From the NCBI GenBank assembly GCA_951804945.1, contig OX638151.1, forward strand, positions 89,590,001 through 89,654,000: a stretch of 64,000 nucleotides of DNA, read 5' to 3'. Source of the DNA: Podarcis cretensis. Lineage: Eukaryota. Made by a program: the position numbers and the translations under genes. Below are positions 23,017-36,055 of the stretch, one piece after another (position 1 is the first letter of the stretch; the number at the start of each line of letters is the position of its first letter). Below the pieces are notes generated by a model that ran no database searches, was not told where the DNA came from, and saw only the letters and a list, made by a program, of their open reading frames with translations.

Positions 23017-25489
23017 AATAGGAGGCTTATGGGTTTGTGAAGGGGAAACCTCAATAGCAATAACAGCTGCCCTAATAAGCAGCTTCTTCCCCACAATAAA
23101 TAGCAAATGGGGTAGAGTCAGGGGTCAGTGGAATATGGCACAGTGGAGATGGGGTCTAACCCTTCTTTGTACACCATAATATCTATATCCTAATACTGAT
23201 CACATCTGCCTTATCTGTTATTTTAAGAACCCAACAAGAACATTAAATACAACCATTTGGCCCTTCTTAGTGTTTGTAGAAGAACTGCTTCCTCCACTGG
23301 GTTTGCACAGAACACCCCTGCCTTATCAGAAGTACATCATCTAGAGTTCAGTGTAATATTGTCATTGAATCCTGATTAATATTATCATTTGGTACAAAGT
23401 GCCATGCTGAGAATAGTTCCTTGCAATGTTCGTCATTGCAATCTTCAGCTTTCAATATGATTATGTAATTTCCCTTCTGTTCTCTAACTTTTGAATGTTA
23501 TGGACTTTTAGTAATGCTTGATTAATATCTCTAGCTATTTGCGTGTGTGCCCTTTTTTATACAGAAAAAAGACAACATTTTTTAAAAAACAATAATTAAG
23601 TCCTCCAAGAGTTGTTGCCTTTTTATTAATGTAATGGGAGACCAGATGGCTGAAAACAAGGGTCTCAATCTTGGCTGGTTTTCATTGATGCAGAAGAGAA
23701 AGGAGAAAGCAGTAAGTACTAGCAGCCGGGTCCCCTCAGGCAAAAACAACTGCGGAAAAAGGATGAGTCACAGCACTTGAGGGACATGAACAGAATGTCC
23801 ACTGTTTCCCAATCTCCTTCCTTACATGGAAGGTTGAACACAGATGGAAAGAGACTTAAGAAGAAGAAATCATGGCCCTCCTTGAGGCTAGAGTTAAAGA
23901 AATGGGATTACTTTGTGCATCACCTAACTGTATTATGGGGTCAACACAACTATTGTTTCCAGCTCCAGTCTCCTTAAGAACAAGAAGAATGAACTTTTGA
24001 ATGAAAATACTGCAGTTCAACATTTTGCCTTTTTTTTTTTTAAAAAAAAAAAGACACATTGGAAAAGTCCCTTTTATAGAAAATTACTCTCTGCTCTTGG
24101 ATGGGATTCCTGATGTAGGCATGCCAAATTGCTGGGAAGTGTTATAAAGGACATGTGCAGATTTTTTGATTTATTTATTTTTTATTTGCTTTTAAAGCCA
24201 AAAAAAGACTCACAGCACCTACAAAGATCAATAATAAGACCTGACACAAAAGGAAAGGATATTGGGGGGAAGGGGGGAGCAAATACAGACACTAGTTGGG
24301 TGGAGTGTTAAAAACCAAGTTCTTATAATGACCAGTGAAAATGGAAACAGTTTCAAGAAAAGAGAAGTCAAGAGTTGCTAGATTTTCTTAGACAGTCACA
24401 ACAATAGCATCCTTTCTTCCTCTGACAAACACAAAACAAAGCATGATGATCAAGTGTTTTTGATTAACCAGTCATTTTAATGATCACACTGTATTGCTTT
24501 TATGGTTTTAATATTTTATTGTATATGTTGGGGTTGTATCCAATTAAGATCTACTTAGAGTTTGACACATAGTAATTAATGCATCTAAGTTAGTTTAATT
24601 TCAATGCATCTGTTCTGAGTGTGGCTGACTAGATAACAATCCAGAGGCTTGAACTGGATGGGAAGATGAAGGTTCCTCCATTCAGTCACACTGGTCTTCA
24701 GCAGAATGCTGAAAGTCTTTAAGACTAAGCAGAGCAGATGAAACATCTCACTCTGCCTCCACAGCAAAAGTTGGATAGAAGGATGGGGTCCCCCCCCCAG
24801 TCACACTAAAAGGCTGAGTATGGGGGGAATCAACCTTTGCTTCTCCTAAGTGGGGAAAATTCTGCAGTCATACTAGAGTTTCAAAGTACCTCAGAAACTG
24901 GGTATGCAAAGGATGAGGTCCTGCCACCTGTCTGGGTTTGAGCTGAAGAGCAGGGCAGAGGCAAGTCCCCATTTTTTAGCCTTGCTACCAATGCCAGCCA
25001 AAATCTATAGATCCCTGCATACAATTATTTTCCTCATTTGTGATTTCCCATGCTAAGCACTCCATTTGCTAAGCTTAATATGCATTCTCTCTTGGATTTT
25101 TTGCTATAATCCCCTTTTCTGCCTTTGAGTCTCTGTCGCTTTACTCTGCTATTTACTCCAGTAGTTTGAGGATTAGAAACACTCTGGTTTCAGAAGCAGG
25201 CCAGAAGGCCTTGCAGTTAATCTAGCAAAATGGGCATATGCTGTTTGTTAGCAGACACAAATGGCTTCTTTGCTCCCATTGCTTGGACCATACAGTAAAA
25301 ACAGGACAGAACAGGGACATGTCTCGACACAGAAACCTGCAATAAATGGGTCTTTGGCCCACCAGAAATCTTCCCACAATAACTGATAATTTTATTAAAT
25401 TAAAAAATACACAATAATTCATATTCCACTCATGAAGCTACAATTTTCATGATGGTTTAACAATCAGTCCCTCTTCCCAGGGAACTCTT

Positions 25490-28170
25490 CTTCTAAATCT
25501 GGGCAATACAAAGTAATTTACAATCAGATAAACAGACAATAAAACCCACATAGATACATTAAAACCAAGATTAAAGAGAAATACATTAAAAGCATCCTGC
25601 CTACTTCAAAAGGTCACAAATAGTTAAAATGCAAAGACTTGGTTATACAGGAAAGATTTTGCTTGGCACCTAAAATATATATAATGATGGTGACAGGTAA
25701 GCATAACTGGGGTGGGCATTCCACAAATGTGGAGCCACTACAGAAAAGGGCTGTTCTTGCATTGCCACCCTCCTGATATCTCATGGAGGGGGCACACGAA
25801 GAAGGACCTCAGATGATGATCACAGGGTCTGAGTTGATTCATATGGGGATAGGCAGTCCTTGAGGTATTGTGGTCTTTTTAAAAAAATAATTTTTTATTA
25901 ATTTACAACAAAAACACACAATAATTTCACATCCAAATTTTCACAAAGTATTTCTTTTCTGGACTTCCTTCAGCTTTTCCGTAAATCATTCATAGTCATT
26001 ATTTAAGTTACGCATTCCTTAGGTTTGTATTGTCATTATTTGAGCCTTTCTTTTTCTATTCCCTTTTAACAATACTTCTCACATTTCACAGTGTTTCTTT
26101 AAATCCCTCTAGCGTTATCTGTCCCTCACTTATACTTTTCAGATATTCCACAAATTTTCCCCAGTCCTCGATGAACTTTTGGTCTCTTAGATATCTCATC
26201 TTCCCAGTCAATTTATCCAACTCAGCATAGTCTAACAGCTTCATTCTCCATTCTTCCATCGTCGGTATTTCCTGTTGTTTCCATTTCTGAGCCAGTAACA
26301 CTCTTGCAGCTGTCACTGCATATTAAAAAAAATTACTGTCCTTTCTCTTTATCTCATTTCCTAAAATTCCTAGCAGAAAGGCCTCTGGTTTCTTTATAAA
26401 TGTATATTTTAGTATCTTCTTCAATTCATTATATATCATTTCCCAGAAGCCTTTCACTTTCTTACATTCCCACCACATATGGTAAAAAGAGCCTTCTTTA
26501 TCTTTACATTTCCAACACTTATTACATGTCTTATACATTTTCGCTAATTTTACCGGTGTTATGTACCATCTATAAAACATTTTCATAACATTTTCTTTTA
26601 ATGCCATACATGCTGTAAATTTTAAATTCTCCTTCCATAATCTTTCTCAGTCTTCAAATTGTATGTTATAACCAAAATCTCTGGCCCAATGTATCATTAC
26701 CGATTTAACTTCCTCATCCTTCAAATTCCATTCTACCAACAGCTTATACATTTTGGATAAAATTTTAAAATCATTATTTATTATTTCTATCTGAAATTTT
26801 GAATCCTTGTCTGCATAACCACATTCCTTAATGTCTTTCCTAAACATTTCATTTATTTGAAAATAATGCAACCAGTCATATACATGTTCTTTAACCTGTT
26901 CATATGGTTTCATTTTCCATTTTCCTCCTTCTTTAAATAACAATTGGCCATATGTGATCCAATTACCTCTCATATTGATTTTCCTTACACTCATAACTTC
27001 TAATGGAGATAACCAGTGTGGTACTCTAGGTTCTAATAGGTTTTTATACCTGTCCCAAACTTCAATTAAAGGACCTCAGAAGATGTGGTTCTCAAAACCT
27101 TTATGGATTTTCTTCTTCTCACACCATAAGTACGCATGCCATCCAAATCTGTTATCAAACCCCTCTAAGTCTAACAATTCCTTATTTTCTAATTTTATCC
27201 ATTCTTTCAACCAGCAAAGGCACGATGCCTCATAGTATAATTTCAAGTCAGGCAGGGCAAAGCCTCCTCTTTCTCTCACATCTGTTAGTAACTTAAATTG
27301 AATTCTCGGCTTTTTGCCCTGCCAAATATATCTTGAAATCGCTCTTTGCCACTCTTTGAAAATCCTGTTTCCCTTAATTATGGGGATAGCCTGAAATAAG
27401 AATAACATCCTTGGAAGCACATTCATCTTAATTGTAGATATTCTGCCCCAAAAGGACAGTTTCATTCTTCCCTACACCTCCAAGTCCTTTCTTATTCCAT
27501 TCCATAACGGTTCATAGTTGTTCTTAAATAAGTCTATATGTTTAGAAGTTAACCATATTCCTAAATATTTCACCTTTTTAACCACCTCTATCTCTGTTTG
27601 CTGTTGCATTATTTCTATTACACTTTGGTCCATGTTCTTTGCGATCATTTTCGTTTTCTTCTTGTTTAGTCTAAAACCTGCCACTCCTCCAAACTGTTCA
27701 ATTTCCTCCAAGAGGTATTGTGGTCTTAAGCCATTTAAGCTTTATAGGTCAAAACCAGCCCTTTGAATTAGGCCCAGAATCTAATTGGGCCAGGACTGGT
27801 GTTATATGCTCAAATCATTTTGCCCCATTGAGCAACCCTGCTGCTGAATTCTGCAGTAACTGAAGTTCCTGAAACTTATTTAGAGGCAGCCCTACATATG
27901 ATGTGATACAGTGATCAAAACTAGAGGTTATCAGAGCATAGAAAACAGAAGTTAGGCTATCCTTGTCCAGATAGGGGCACAGCTGGCCCACCAGCCCAAG
28001 CTGATGGAAGGCACTCTGCAACCCCTGATACCAACAGATCTTCAAGCAAAAGCAAAGGATCCAAAAGTATCCCAAGCTGTGTACCTGTTCTTTCAGAGGG
28101 CATGTAAGGAAAGTATACAGGGAGGCGAAAGATGATAAGGTGAGAAGTTTCACTTGTGTTCTTGCCAATG
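25490..28170 (-). mobile_element. Old L2 3' fragment, split by an L1
   Basis: LGILLDP, AFHQLGLVGQLCPYLD and YVGLPL...LQLLQNSAAGLL at 27728-28170. It continues at 25877-25500 with a degenerate FSVVAPHLWNA and 3'UTR. Confidence 0.75.
25878..27711 (-). mobile_element. L1-clade LINE, 5'-truncated (1.83 kb)
   Basis: Late RT region (VKYLGIWL), LSFWGRISTIKMNVLPR, GGFALPDLKLYYEA, and a CCHC knuckle CWKCKDKEGSFYHMWWEC. AATAAA plus A-tail. Perfect 16-bp TSD gaggtattgtggtctt at 25862-25877 and 27712-27727, at a TT/AAGA site. Confidence 0.95.
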
Positions 28171-30319
28171 ATGGGTTTTTTTAACCATATTGGCAATATT
28201 GTTCATGACTGACAAAAGTGTTGGGTTGTTGCTTTTCTTATAAAAAAAACTGCTCTCAGAATAGTTTGTGAATATAGCTCAATACTTCTTTAGGGACAAA
28301 ACATTATCATTTGTAGGCTCCCGTTGTTAGTACTGAAAGTTAAAAACAATTAGGCTGAGCTGCTGAATACTTCCTCCATGCTTAATTTATACCAAGGTTA
28401 TTTTAGTAACACAATATTGGCAGATACATTTTGCTGAGGTTTCTGCAAGGTGTGTCTTATTTAAATGTTTACTTGAATAATGCCTTGAATTCTGTTTTGG
28501 GAGAAGTGATGTAAGGTGACTCAACTTCCTAGGAAGTCTCAGGACTACAATTTAAACTGTGCTGCTGATTCTTCCTTTCTTTGCATGACTCAAAGGTAAG
28601 CCACACCTACAAATCCAGATATTTCATTCATAGCCTGGCTTAACTATTTATCATAATCTTTCTTCATAGGCAGAACCTATATTCAAACTCTGGCTGCAAA
28701 AGAAGAAAGGAAGAATCATCTGGTGCCATATGACATCAGGTGACTGAGAGGTGGACAGCCCCACCTACCTTTCAAAGTCACCTCCAGAAGGTAGAAAGAT
28801 TCTCGATCTGGAAAGCAGGCCAGATCCAGGGCCCTACCCCTGTCCTGCCATGTGTAGTGATGATCTTGGCATTTTGACAAATCCGAACCATCACCATTGT
28901 TCTCACAAAAATGCACTTTTTTCCCAGGTCACTAACAAACCATGTATTTTCCCTAATAGTCACAGTTCCCAATTTTTCCTTACTCAAGACATCACAGATG
29001 TGCACATTTTTTATATATAACATTGGTGCGAAAATGCAAGCTGTATGTGACAAGAAATATATTCGTTTGAAATGGAAATATCAAAAACATTCAACATCCC
29101 TACAAAAATCAATGAATATTGTCTTGTCAAATTTCACAGAACACCTGATTTATATATTTTAATGCATTAGGAAACAGATCTCCATGCCTTTGTGCTCATG
29201 TCAGGTTTAACTCAAAGAATTGATCCAATAAAGATCCAACCAAAACAAAACACTTCACTTTTCTAGGATACAATACAGAACAAGTGAATTTTGCATTTAA
29301 ATAACTAAATATTCAAAAGTTTACTGTCTCTCTCACATAAACAAATTGCAGGCTTCATGAAAGGTAAACCAGGTTTGAGAGACACAACTACAGCATATTA
29401 GAGAGAAACATTTATGAGACAACTTTTGCACCTGGATCTGCATAGCCCTCCCCATCACCCACAAACAGTAAGACTGTGTAAAGCTTTTTGTCTGAGAAGC
29501 TCAGTCTGTTCAAATCCTTTTACAGAATTACCTGCTTCATACTTTCTGGAGTAATTCATGGATTGGAACTCAGCTATCTATGGGATTTTGTTCTTCTGCA
29601 ATTGTTTTGATGCTGTACTTGCAAGTTTTGGTGTATCAAAACGCTTGCTTAAAGGATGGGGTCAGGAGTTGAAGACCTGTGCTGGCTAAGCAGGATGTGG
29701 AAGAAGAACTGGGTCAGCCCACAAGTCTCATAGGAGGATGCTCTGAAGGGATGGCCCCAGTTGCTGACAATGGATGAAGTCTCTGACCCATGGAGGAAGA
29801 GGCTAGCCAAGGATGAGCTCAAGAGACATCAACAAGAGGCTTCTGAATGGCCTTGCTTACAGGGGAAGAGAGGCTTGCATCCTGGTACCTGCTACTTTGC
29901 CACACAAAAAGTGCATGTTGTTGTTGCCAGACCACACCAATGTGAAGCAGGTGATATCCTAGGAGCCTATGCTGATAAGGCTGGAGCAGTATAGCATGTA
30001 TACCATAGGCAGGGAATATTGTTCAGTTAAAGAGTCACAACTATTTGGGGGGACTCAAAATTCAGAAAATGGGGGGATTCCCCAAAGTTGTTGAGCTTTT
30101 TGGGGGGAGGAATGTCAAAAAATGAAAAATGCTCACCCGCCAGACTGACAATCCTGCTCACTCATGTAGCCAAAGCAACCTATCCTCTGTCCCATCTCCA
30201 AAAAAGGCAACAAATAACCCGCCCACTTGCTGTATCAACAGCTAAACAACACCAGCCCTTGCCGCAGCCACCTATAATAATCTCCAACACGCGGCAGCAA
30301 CCAGTCCCATGTCCCTACA

Positions 30320-30405
30320 ATGCACTACCCATGTATAAGATGACCCATAATTTTGAACATGATTTTTTCAATTAAAAAAACATAGTCTTATACATGGAAA
30401 AGTAT
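30320..30405 (+). mobile_element. TcMar (Tc2/pogo-like) terminal fragment
   Basis: tataagatgaccc...aaacatagtcttatacatggaaaagtata resembles the terminus at 7370-7403. Confidence 0.4.
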
Positions 30406-31872
30406 ATCAGCAACATCAATATCAGCAACAGTGTGGATATGTAATACTTAGTTACATATCATTGTTATGAGTTTGCTGCCTGAGTGCTGTGAATGATTCT
30501 GAGGTTCGGACAAAAGAGTCCAAGATGACTGGTTTAGTGAATACTCTCTTCAAGGGGTCTGCTTGTTAGAAGATGGGCTCTTTTACAGAAAGGTATCTTG
30601 AACTGCTGGAATGTAAGAACTATTGGCTTTAAGAAGCTGAGCCTCATTGATTGAGGAAGGGAGGCTGGTGATGTGTGTGTGTTCTAGACTGAATGAAGGT
30701 ACAAAAAAACCTGCAATTTACAAAAGGAAGACAGAATGAGACAGAGAGAGTGAGAGTGAGAACTGGAAACTATGCCTTTTTAAACTGAAGGCACGCACTG
30801 TGATGCAGAGACCCCCTCCATCTCTCCCTCTCCCTCAGGATCTGGTTTTGAGTTCTTGGTCCATTGTCCTGCTAAGCAAAGATTATGTTGGCTCTACCAG
30901 GGAGCCCAACTCTGGCACGCACTGCCACTGAAACTTTGCTTGCCCCTCAGGAAAATATGGTGCACATAACACTATATTTAAAATGCATTCACCATTCACA
31001 AGCAAAAAAAAGTTATCCTGATGTGAAAGGCAGAGTTCTTTAGCTTGAATATAGTTGCAGACTAATGATTGTTGTGCGACAATGAGGAGAATCACAATGC
31101 ATAAATAAATGAAGGCTAATATGCAAATCTGCAAATAGAAAAGTCTGGTGTTTTTGTCCCAGTAGGTGCACCAATACTTGGCAATGTTGCCACTTAAGTG
31201 ACTTGTTTAAATTCTCTAAGCGCTGATGCTGCTAAGGAAGTAACTAAGTCAGCATTTGCATATTATTTTAATTCAGTGCTGCCATTTCTATCCTGACTTC
31301 CAACATCTGGCTTCTTTCCCTTACTCAATACAGTCCCCCCAGGACAGACAGAATGCCACAAGTTGAAACGCTTGTGCAGAATTACGTGTTCAGCTTGGGT
31401 GACTTAATGGACAGGAACAGATAATGGATCAATTCTGCTTCAATAGTAATCATTCTTAGTTAATAACAATTAAATCGTGTACCATTTTAACCCAGCTCCA
31501 AGATTACCTCAGGCATGGCAAGAACTGTTCTAAAGTTTGCTGATGTTTCATGCATTTACCTTTAAGTGGAAGACAGTCTAGATGTCACTGTTTCTCTACC
31601 CAAGCACACTAAAGAAGGCATGCCTTGTGGAGACAAAAAAGACTCCTGTTGGTAAAATAATTTGAGGGTCAATATGCTAAAATAATAAAAATAGAAACTT
31701 CCTTCTCCAAGGAGTATGCCCAACCAACCGCAATAGAGGCTGACATTTTTTCAATTCCCCAACAATGTATTTTAGAACAACACTTGCATCGTGGGGTTCC
31801 CAAGGGCTAGAGACCCACACTTTCCATTAGAATGGAAGTAGACTGCTGAACACAGTCAAATCATCACTTGGA

Positions 31873-32165
31873 GGGACCATGACTCAGATATAGAGTATCT
31901 GATTTGCATACATAAGGTCTTAAGTTCAGTCCCCGGCATTTCTGGTTAGGGCTGGGAAAGACTCCTTGACTGGGGAGCCACTGCCAGTCCATGTATATAG
32001 CTTTCAGCTAGATCAGGGTCTCCTAAACTTGGGTCTCCAGCTGTTTTTGGACCACAACTCCCATTATCCCTGGCTAGCAGGACCCAGTGGTCAGGGATGA
32101 TGGGAGTTGTAGTTCAAAAACAGCTGGATTCAGTATAGGACAGTTTCCTATGTTCTTATGTTCCT
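31873..32165 (+). mobile_element. Squam3-like SINE with an internal truncated hAT MITE (32014-32128)
   Basis: tRNA-like head, core gagccactgccagtc and tail tttcctatgttcttatgttcct. Interrupted by cagggtctcctaaacttgg...gggagttgtagttcaaaaacagctgga. Confidence 0.7.
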
Positions 32166-32544
32166 CTGGAATGATGGCTAGCTTAAAAAGAGAAAGATAG
32201 AGAAACCCTTGTTTGTCATCACTGAAATGTAAGCATATCCTTTACCCATCTGAAAGTGCATCCCAGATGCAAATGGGAATAATTTTCTAAGGCTCCCAGC
32301 TTGTGAAGAACCCTCTGCATGTGCTGCCTGCCTAGTAAGAATTGGGATGTTCTGTGCCTCTGATTAGCTTAGGAAAAACAAGATGTGTAATTGCCTATTA
32401 TGGATCAAGTGCATGTCTAATTCCACCCCCTCCCCCTTAGTAAGAACTTGACCATGTGTCCCTATAATGAGTTCATGATGTGGGTTGGTTGGTGCTGGTT
32501 GTGATGGAGAGATTGACCTTTATGTTCACGAGTGTCCAGGATAA

Positions 32545-32597
32545 AATAAAATAAAAAAATCCTTCCAGTAGCACCTTAGAGACCAACTATGTTTGTT
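32545..32597 (-). mobile_element. Penelope-like terminal stub
   Basis: aaaatccttccagtagcaccttagagaccaactatgtttgtt matches 15037-15078. It is truncated before the hammerhead core. Confidence 0.65.
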
Positions 32598-32777
32598 AGA
32601 AAGTCATTTATTGTTTACTTTGAAAATGTCATTTATAAACCGTCCTCTATCTTCTTTCTGCGTAAGAAGCTGTGAGGAAATTTCACAAAAGAGGAAGGAG
32701 GCCGCATACAGGCTGTCACTGACCTGTCAAATGAATAATAGTCAGAAAAGAAAAGGGGGAAAAATCATTGTAGGAAG

Positions 32778-32828
32778 TTGGGCTAGATGACCTTCAGGGT
32801 CTCTTCCAACTCTACAATTCTATGATTC
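32778..32828 (+). mobile_element. CR1 3' tail stub
   Basis: ttgggctagatgaccttcagggtctcttccaactctacaattctatgattc matches 1988-2040. Confidence 0.75.
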
Positions 32829-33411
32829 ACAGCACAGCGAATTCTGCTATGGAAATTACAGTAACAGATGTGGCCTGTTTTAATCCAGTTTCATATTAGG
32901 TCTTGCCCTTCTGGTCCCCACCCTATTTCATCCCTCACTGTAGGCACTATTAGGTTTATTTAGAAGTAAGGAACACTGCAGAGTTATATTTAGCAGAATC
33001 AAGGGGCAATGCTTTTCTTGGTTTATTCCAGTGCAGGGAGTTTGTCTTCGAATGTTTCCCATGAAAAATACTCTTGCACATTGAAGATTGGTGGGGGAGG
33101 CCCATCTTCCTGACCTGGTGCTTTCAACTGGCAGGGAAGGGTTGTCCCCCCCCCCTAATGTGAGGGAGGCAATTTAGTAATGTAATTTCACTACCCGAAG
33201 CTTGAAATTGTTAAGAAATAGTAATTGCTCCTTGATCCTGCTGAATATACTGTAGAACATGCAGCCAAATCCTATAGATTTCCTTATCAATTGCCTTCAC
33301 TTAACTGGGCTTAGCCATGACACTTGAGTCCTGTTTCAAGGTCATTATGAGCTGTGCTACTCAATTGGTTTGCGGAACCTGAGTTTATTTCTACCAGTCT
33401 ATACCTTATAG

Positions 33412-33565
33412 CAGTGCTTTTTTTGCTTAAAAAATGTTTAGGGGTACTCTCATTTTCCTACTCATATTGAAATACCGGTACTGCCCCTCAATGAGGCCAG
33501 ACTTAGATGCACAAAATGTTTAAGGGTATGCGTACTCCTGGGTGCCCCCAGGGAAAAAAGCACTG
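33412..33565. mobile_element. hAT MITE (154 bp)
   Basis: TIR cagtgctttttt / aaaaaagcactg. 8-bp TSD ccttatag. Second copy at 55733-55885 in the opposite orientation. Confidence 0.92.
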
Positions 33566-33829
33566 CCTTATAGACTGGTGTGCCTTTGTCATCAGAAAGA
33601 ATTCCAGGGTGCTTAGTTTAGGAATCCTTGTTATGCAGAGCAGCACACATTTTATATAGCAAGAATGCTGTATGCAAAATGAGAAGGAAAGGAAAGGAAG
33701 GAGAATTCATCAAATACTGTAAGCACATCCAGCTAAATCACAGTATGTTGATGATAGGCATTATGTGAAAATGAAAGATGTGGCGGAAGCAACATGTGAG
33801 TGCTATTCGTTTTATCTGTTGATAACCTG

Positions 33830-34010
33830 GTGCTATTTAAGGTGCTGACATCACTGGTATACAAACGGCCTGGGACCCAACTATTTCAAGGAGCACCTGT
33901 TACCTGCTGAACTGAGCTTTTAAGATCATCTGGGGAAACCCTGCTTCTGGTTCTATCAATGACTATAACTTTCTCTGAGATAGCACTCTGGATGTGGAAC
34001 TCTCTCACAC
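33830..34010 (+). mobile_element. Old L2 3' fragment
   Basis: tttaaggtgctg...aacggcctgggaccc...tgtggaactctct aligns with 14240-14450. Confidence 0.5.
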
Positions 34011-34168
34011 TGGATACAAGTTTTATTAACAGCTTTTACATGCCTACTGTTCAGTCCTATGGGAAGGTTGGTCTAAGGACTAGTTCAATTCTGCTCTATT
34101 ATTTTTTTTTTTAAAAAAGTATTCTAATCATGTTTACTGGTTTCATGATTTTTATTTCAACTTCTGTA

Positions 34169-34876
34169 CAGTGGTAACTCAGTCTACCAACAACCTAGTT
34201 CATGAACTATTTGGAAGACTGACATTTCAAAACCAGAAGAAGGTATTCCGGTTAATGAACTTTTTTTGGAATCTGAACATACTCCGTTTAGGGGTGCACT
34301 TCCATTTTGAGTGCCACACTTCCCTTGTCCAGCAGTGAAAAGGGGGTCATCATGCCATTTCCCGCAGCAGCAAGGGAGGGAAGCTGCATGCCCACCAGCC
34401 AGGTGGTTGGCAGGCATGTAAATCTATGCCACTGTGGGAGGCGCGTGCTCTAGAGAGTATTTCCCACAGCAGTGTGGAGGGGGGATCTGTGTGGATCCCA
34501 GTTCAGCTATTGATTGATTGATTGATTGATTGATTGTGCGACTGCAGAAATGGGTAAAAGCCCCCCATCCAAACAATGACTATCATCAGTGCAGGTAAGA
34601 AAAAAAAGTATTTTTTAATTTTTATCATCTACAATAATGTTTTATTGATTTTATAGTACAGTACATTGATTATTGCTTTCATTTTATGGATCAACGGTCT
34701 TGTTAGATAGTAAAATTCTTGTTAAATTGCTGTTTTAGGGGTTGTTTCTAAAAGTCTGGAATGGATTAATCCATTTTGCATTACTTTCTATGGGAAAGCC
34801 CGTCTTGGTTTAAGAATGCTTTGGTTTAAAAACGGACTTCTGGAACAGATTAAGTTCATAAACCAGGGTACCACTG
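34169..34876. mobile_element. TcMar (Tigger/pogo-like) non-autonomous DNA transposon (708 bp)
   Basis: TA|cagtggtaactc...gggtaccactg|TA. Contains an internal (GATT)n tract. Confidence 0.85.
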
Positions 34877-36010
34877 TATTCTAATGAACAGTGTTTGATG
34901 AAATGTTGCATACCTCACAGTGAACGTTAGGGTTGAAGGGTGTGTTGCAAATACAACTAATGATTTCCTCGGATGCTGATTTTTTATTTTTATTTCTTGC
35001 AGAGGAAATTAATTCACATCCTTCAGCTCTAATAGCTGCACATCACTTTTTCTCTGTTCTCAAGTTCAAGGGTAACCATAGACGGTAAATGTGCAAATTT
35101 ATAATTCACTCATATGTCACTGAAAGCACTGTACTTTTCCTGAGAACAAGGTTTATCTGGAATTATGTGGTCTTTCATGCCACGTTACAAGCTTTATGTC
35201 TCTTTCCTCATCTGTAGTGGTGAGAAATCGTGCCATTAAAATATTTATATTTAGGATTAACAGTTGCACGCTCACTAAACAAGCACCATCAATAATTTTC
35301 ACTTTGATGCTTTTTATGATAATACACTGTAATTGGATTCAGCAGTAAATCCAAACACAGCTCTAAGAAATGAAGCAGCAGCTTGATGAGGCATATCATA
35401 AAATGATTTTAAAATATGCTTATTGAGAAGATGCCAGGAAGCTGATAGTTTTGTTCCTTAAGTCAACCTAGACAGAGAAATGCAGACAGTTTGAACCAAA
35501 CTGATGTTGTACCAGTGCTCTGGATTCTACAGCAAGTTGATAGCATACAATATACCCAGTTTTGTATGAACGGGGTATTATTTGGTTTAAATGCAACTGA
35601 AAGTTGTTTGACACATACTGTCAGCACAATCTTCTCAGCCTGCCTAGTTTTGTAACACAACTTGCTACTCATCCGATAGCTTCCATAGCCATTCAGTCTC
35701 CTTAAATTTTGTTGATATACAGTATTTATTAGCAATAATTAATAATGTTTTGTATATTTGAGGCTTCCATGCCTTTATTTTATCATTTAAAGGAAATCAG
35801 CATTTGTTTTTGATTTTGTAACCCAACCTGCGATCATTTGGTTAGGGCTGCGCTATGAGTAAGAATTAAATAAATAACCGTTCATTAGAGTTAGCAAACA
35901 ACTCATGGCACAGTTCATTCAAAGTTAAGCACCTTTAAGCTACATCTGCACCACTGCCCCCATTGAAATCAATGCACTTGGGGTGTTTTATGCTCATTCT
36001 TTGTATTTCT

Positions 36011-36012
<2 letters not shown>

Positions 36013-36053
<41 letters not shown>
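36013..36053. repeat. (TA)n microsatellite
   Basis: Direct reading. Confidence 0.95.
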
Positions 36054-36055
<2 letters not shown>

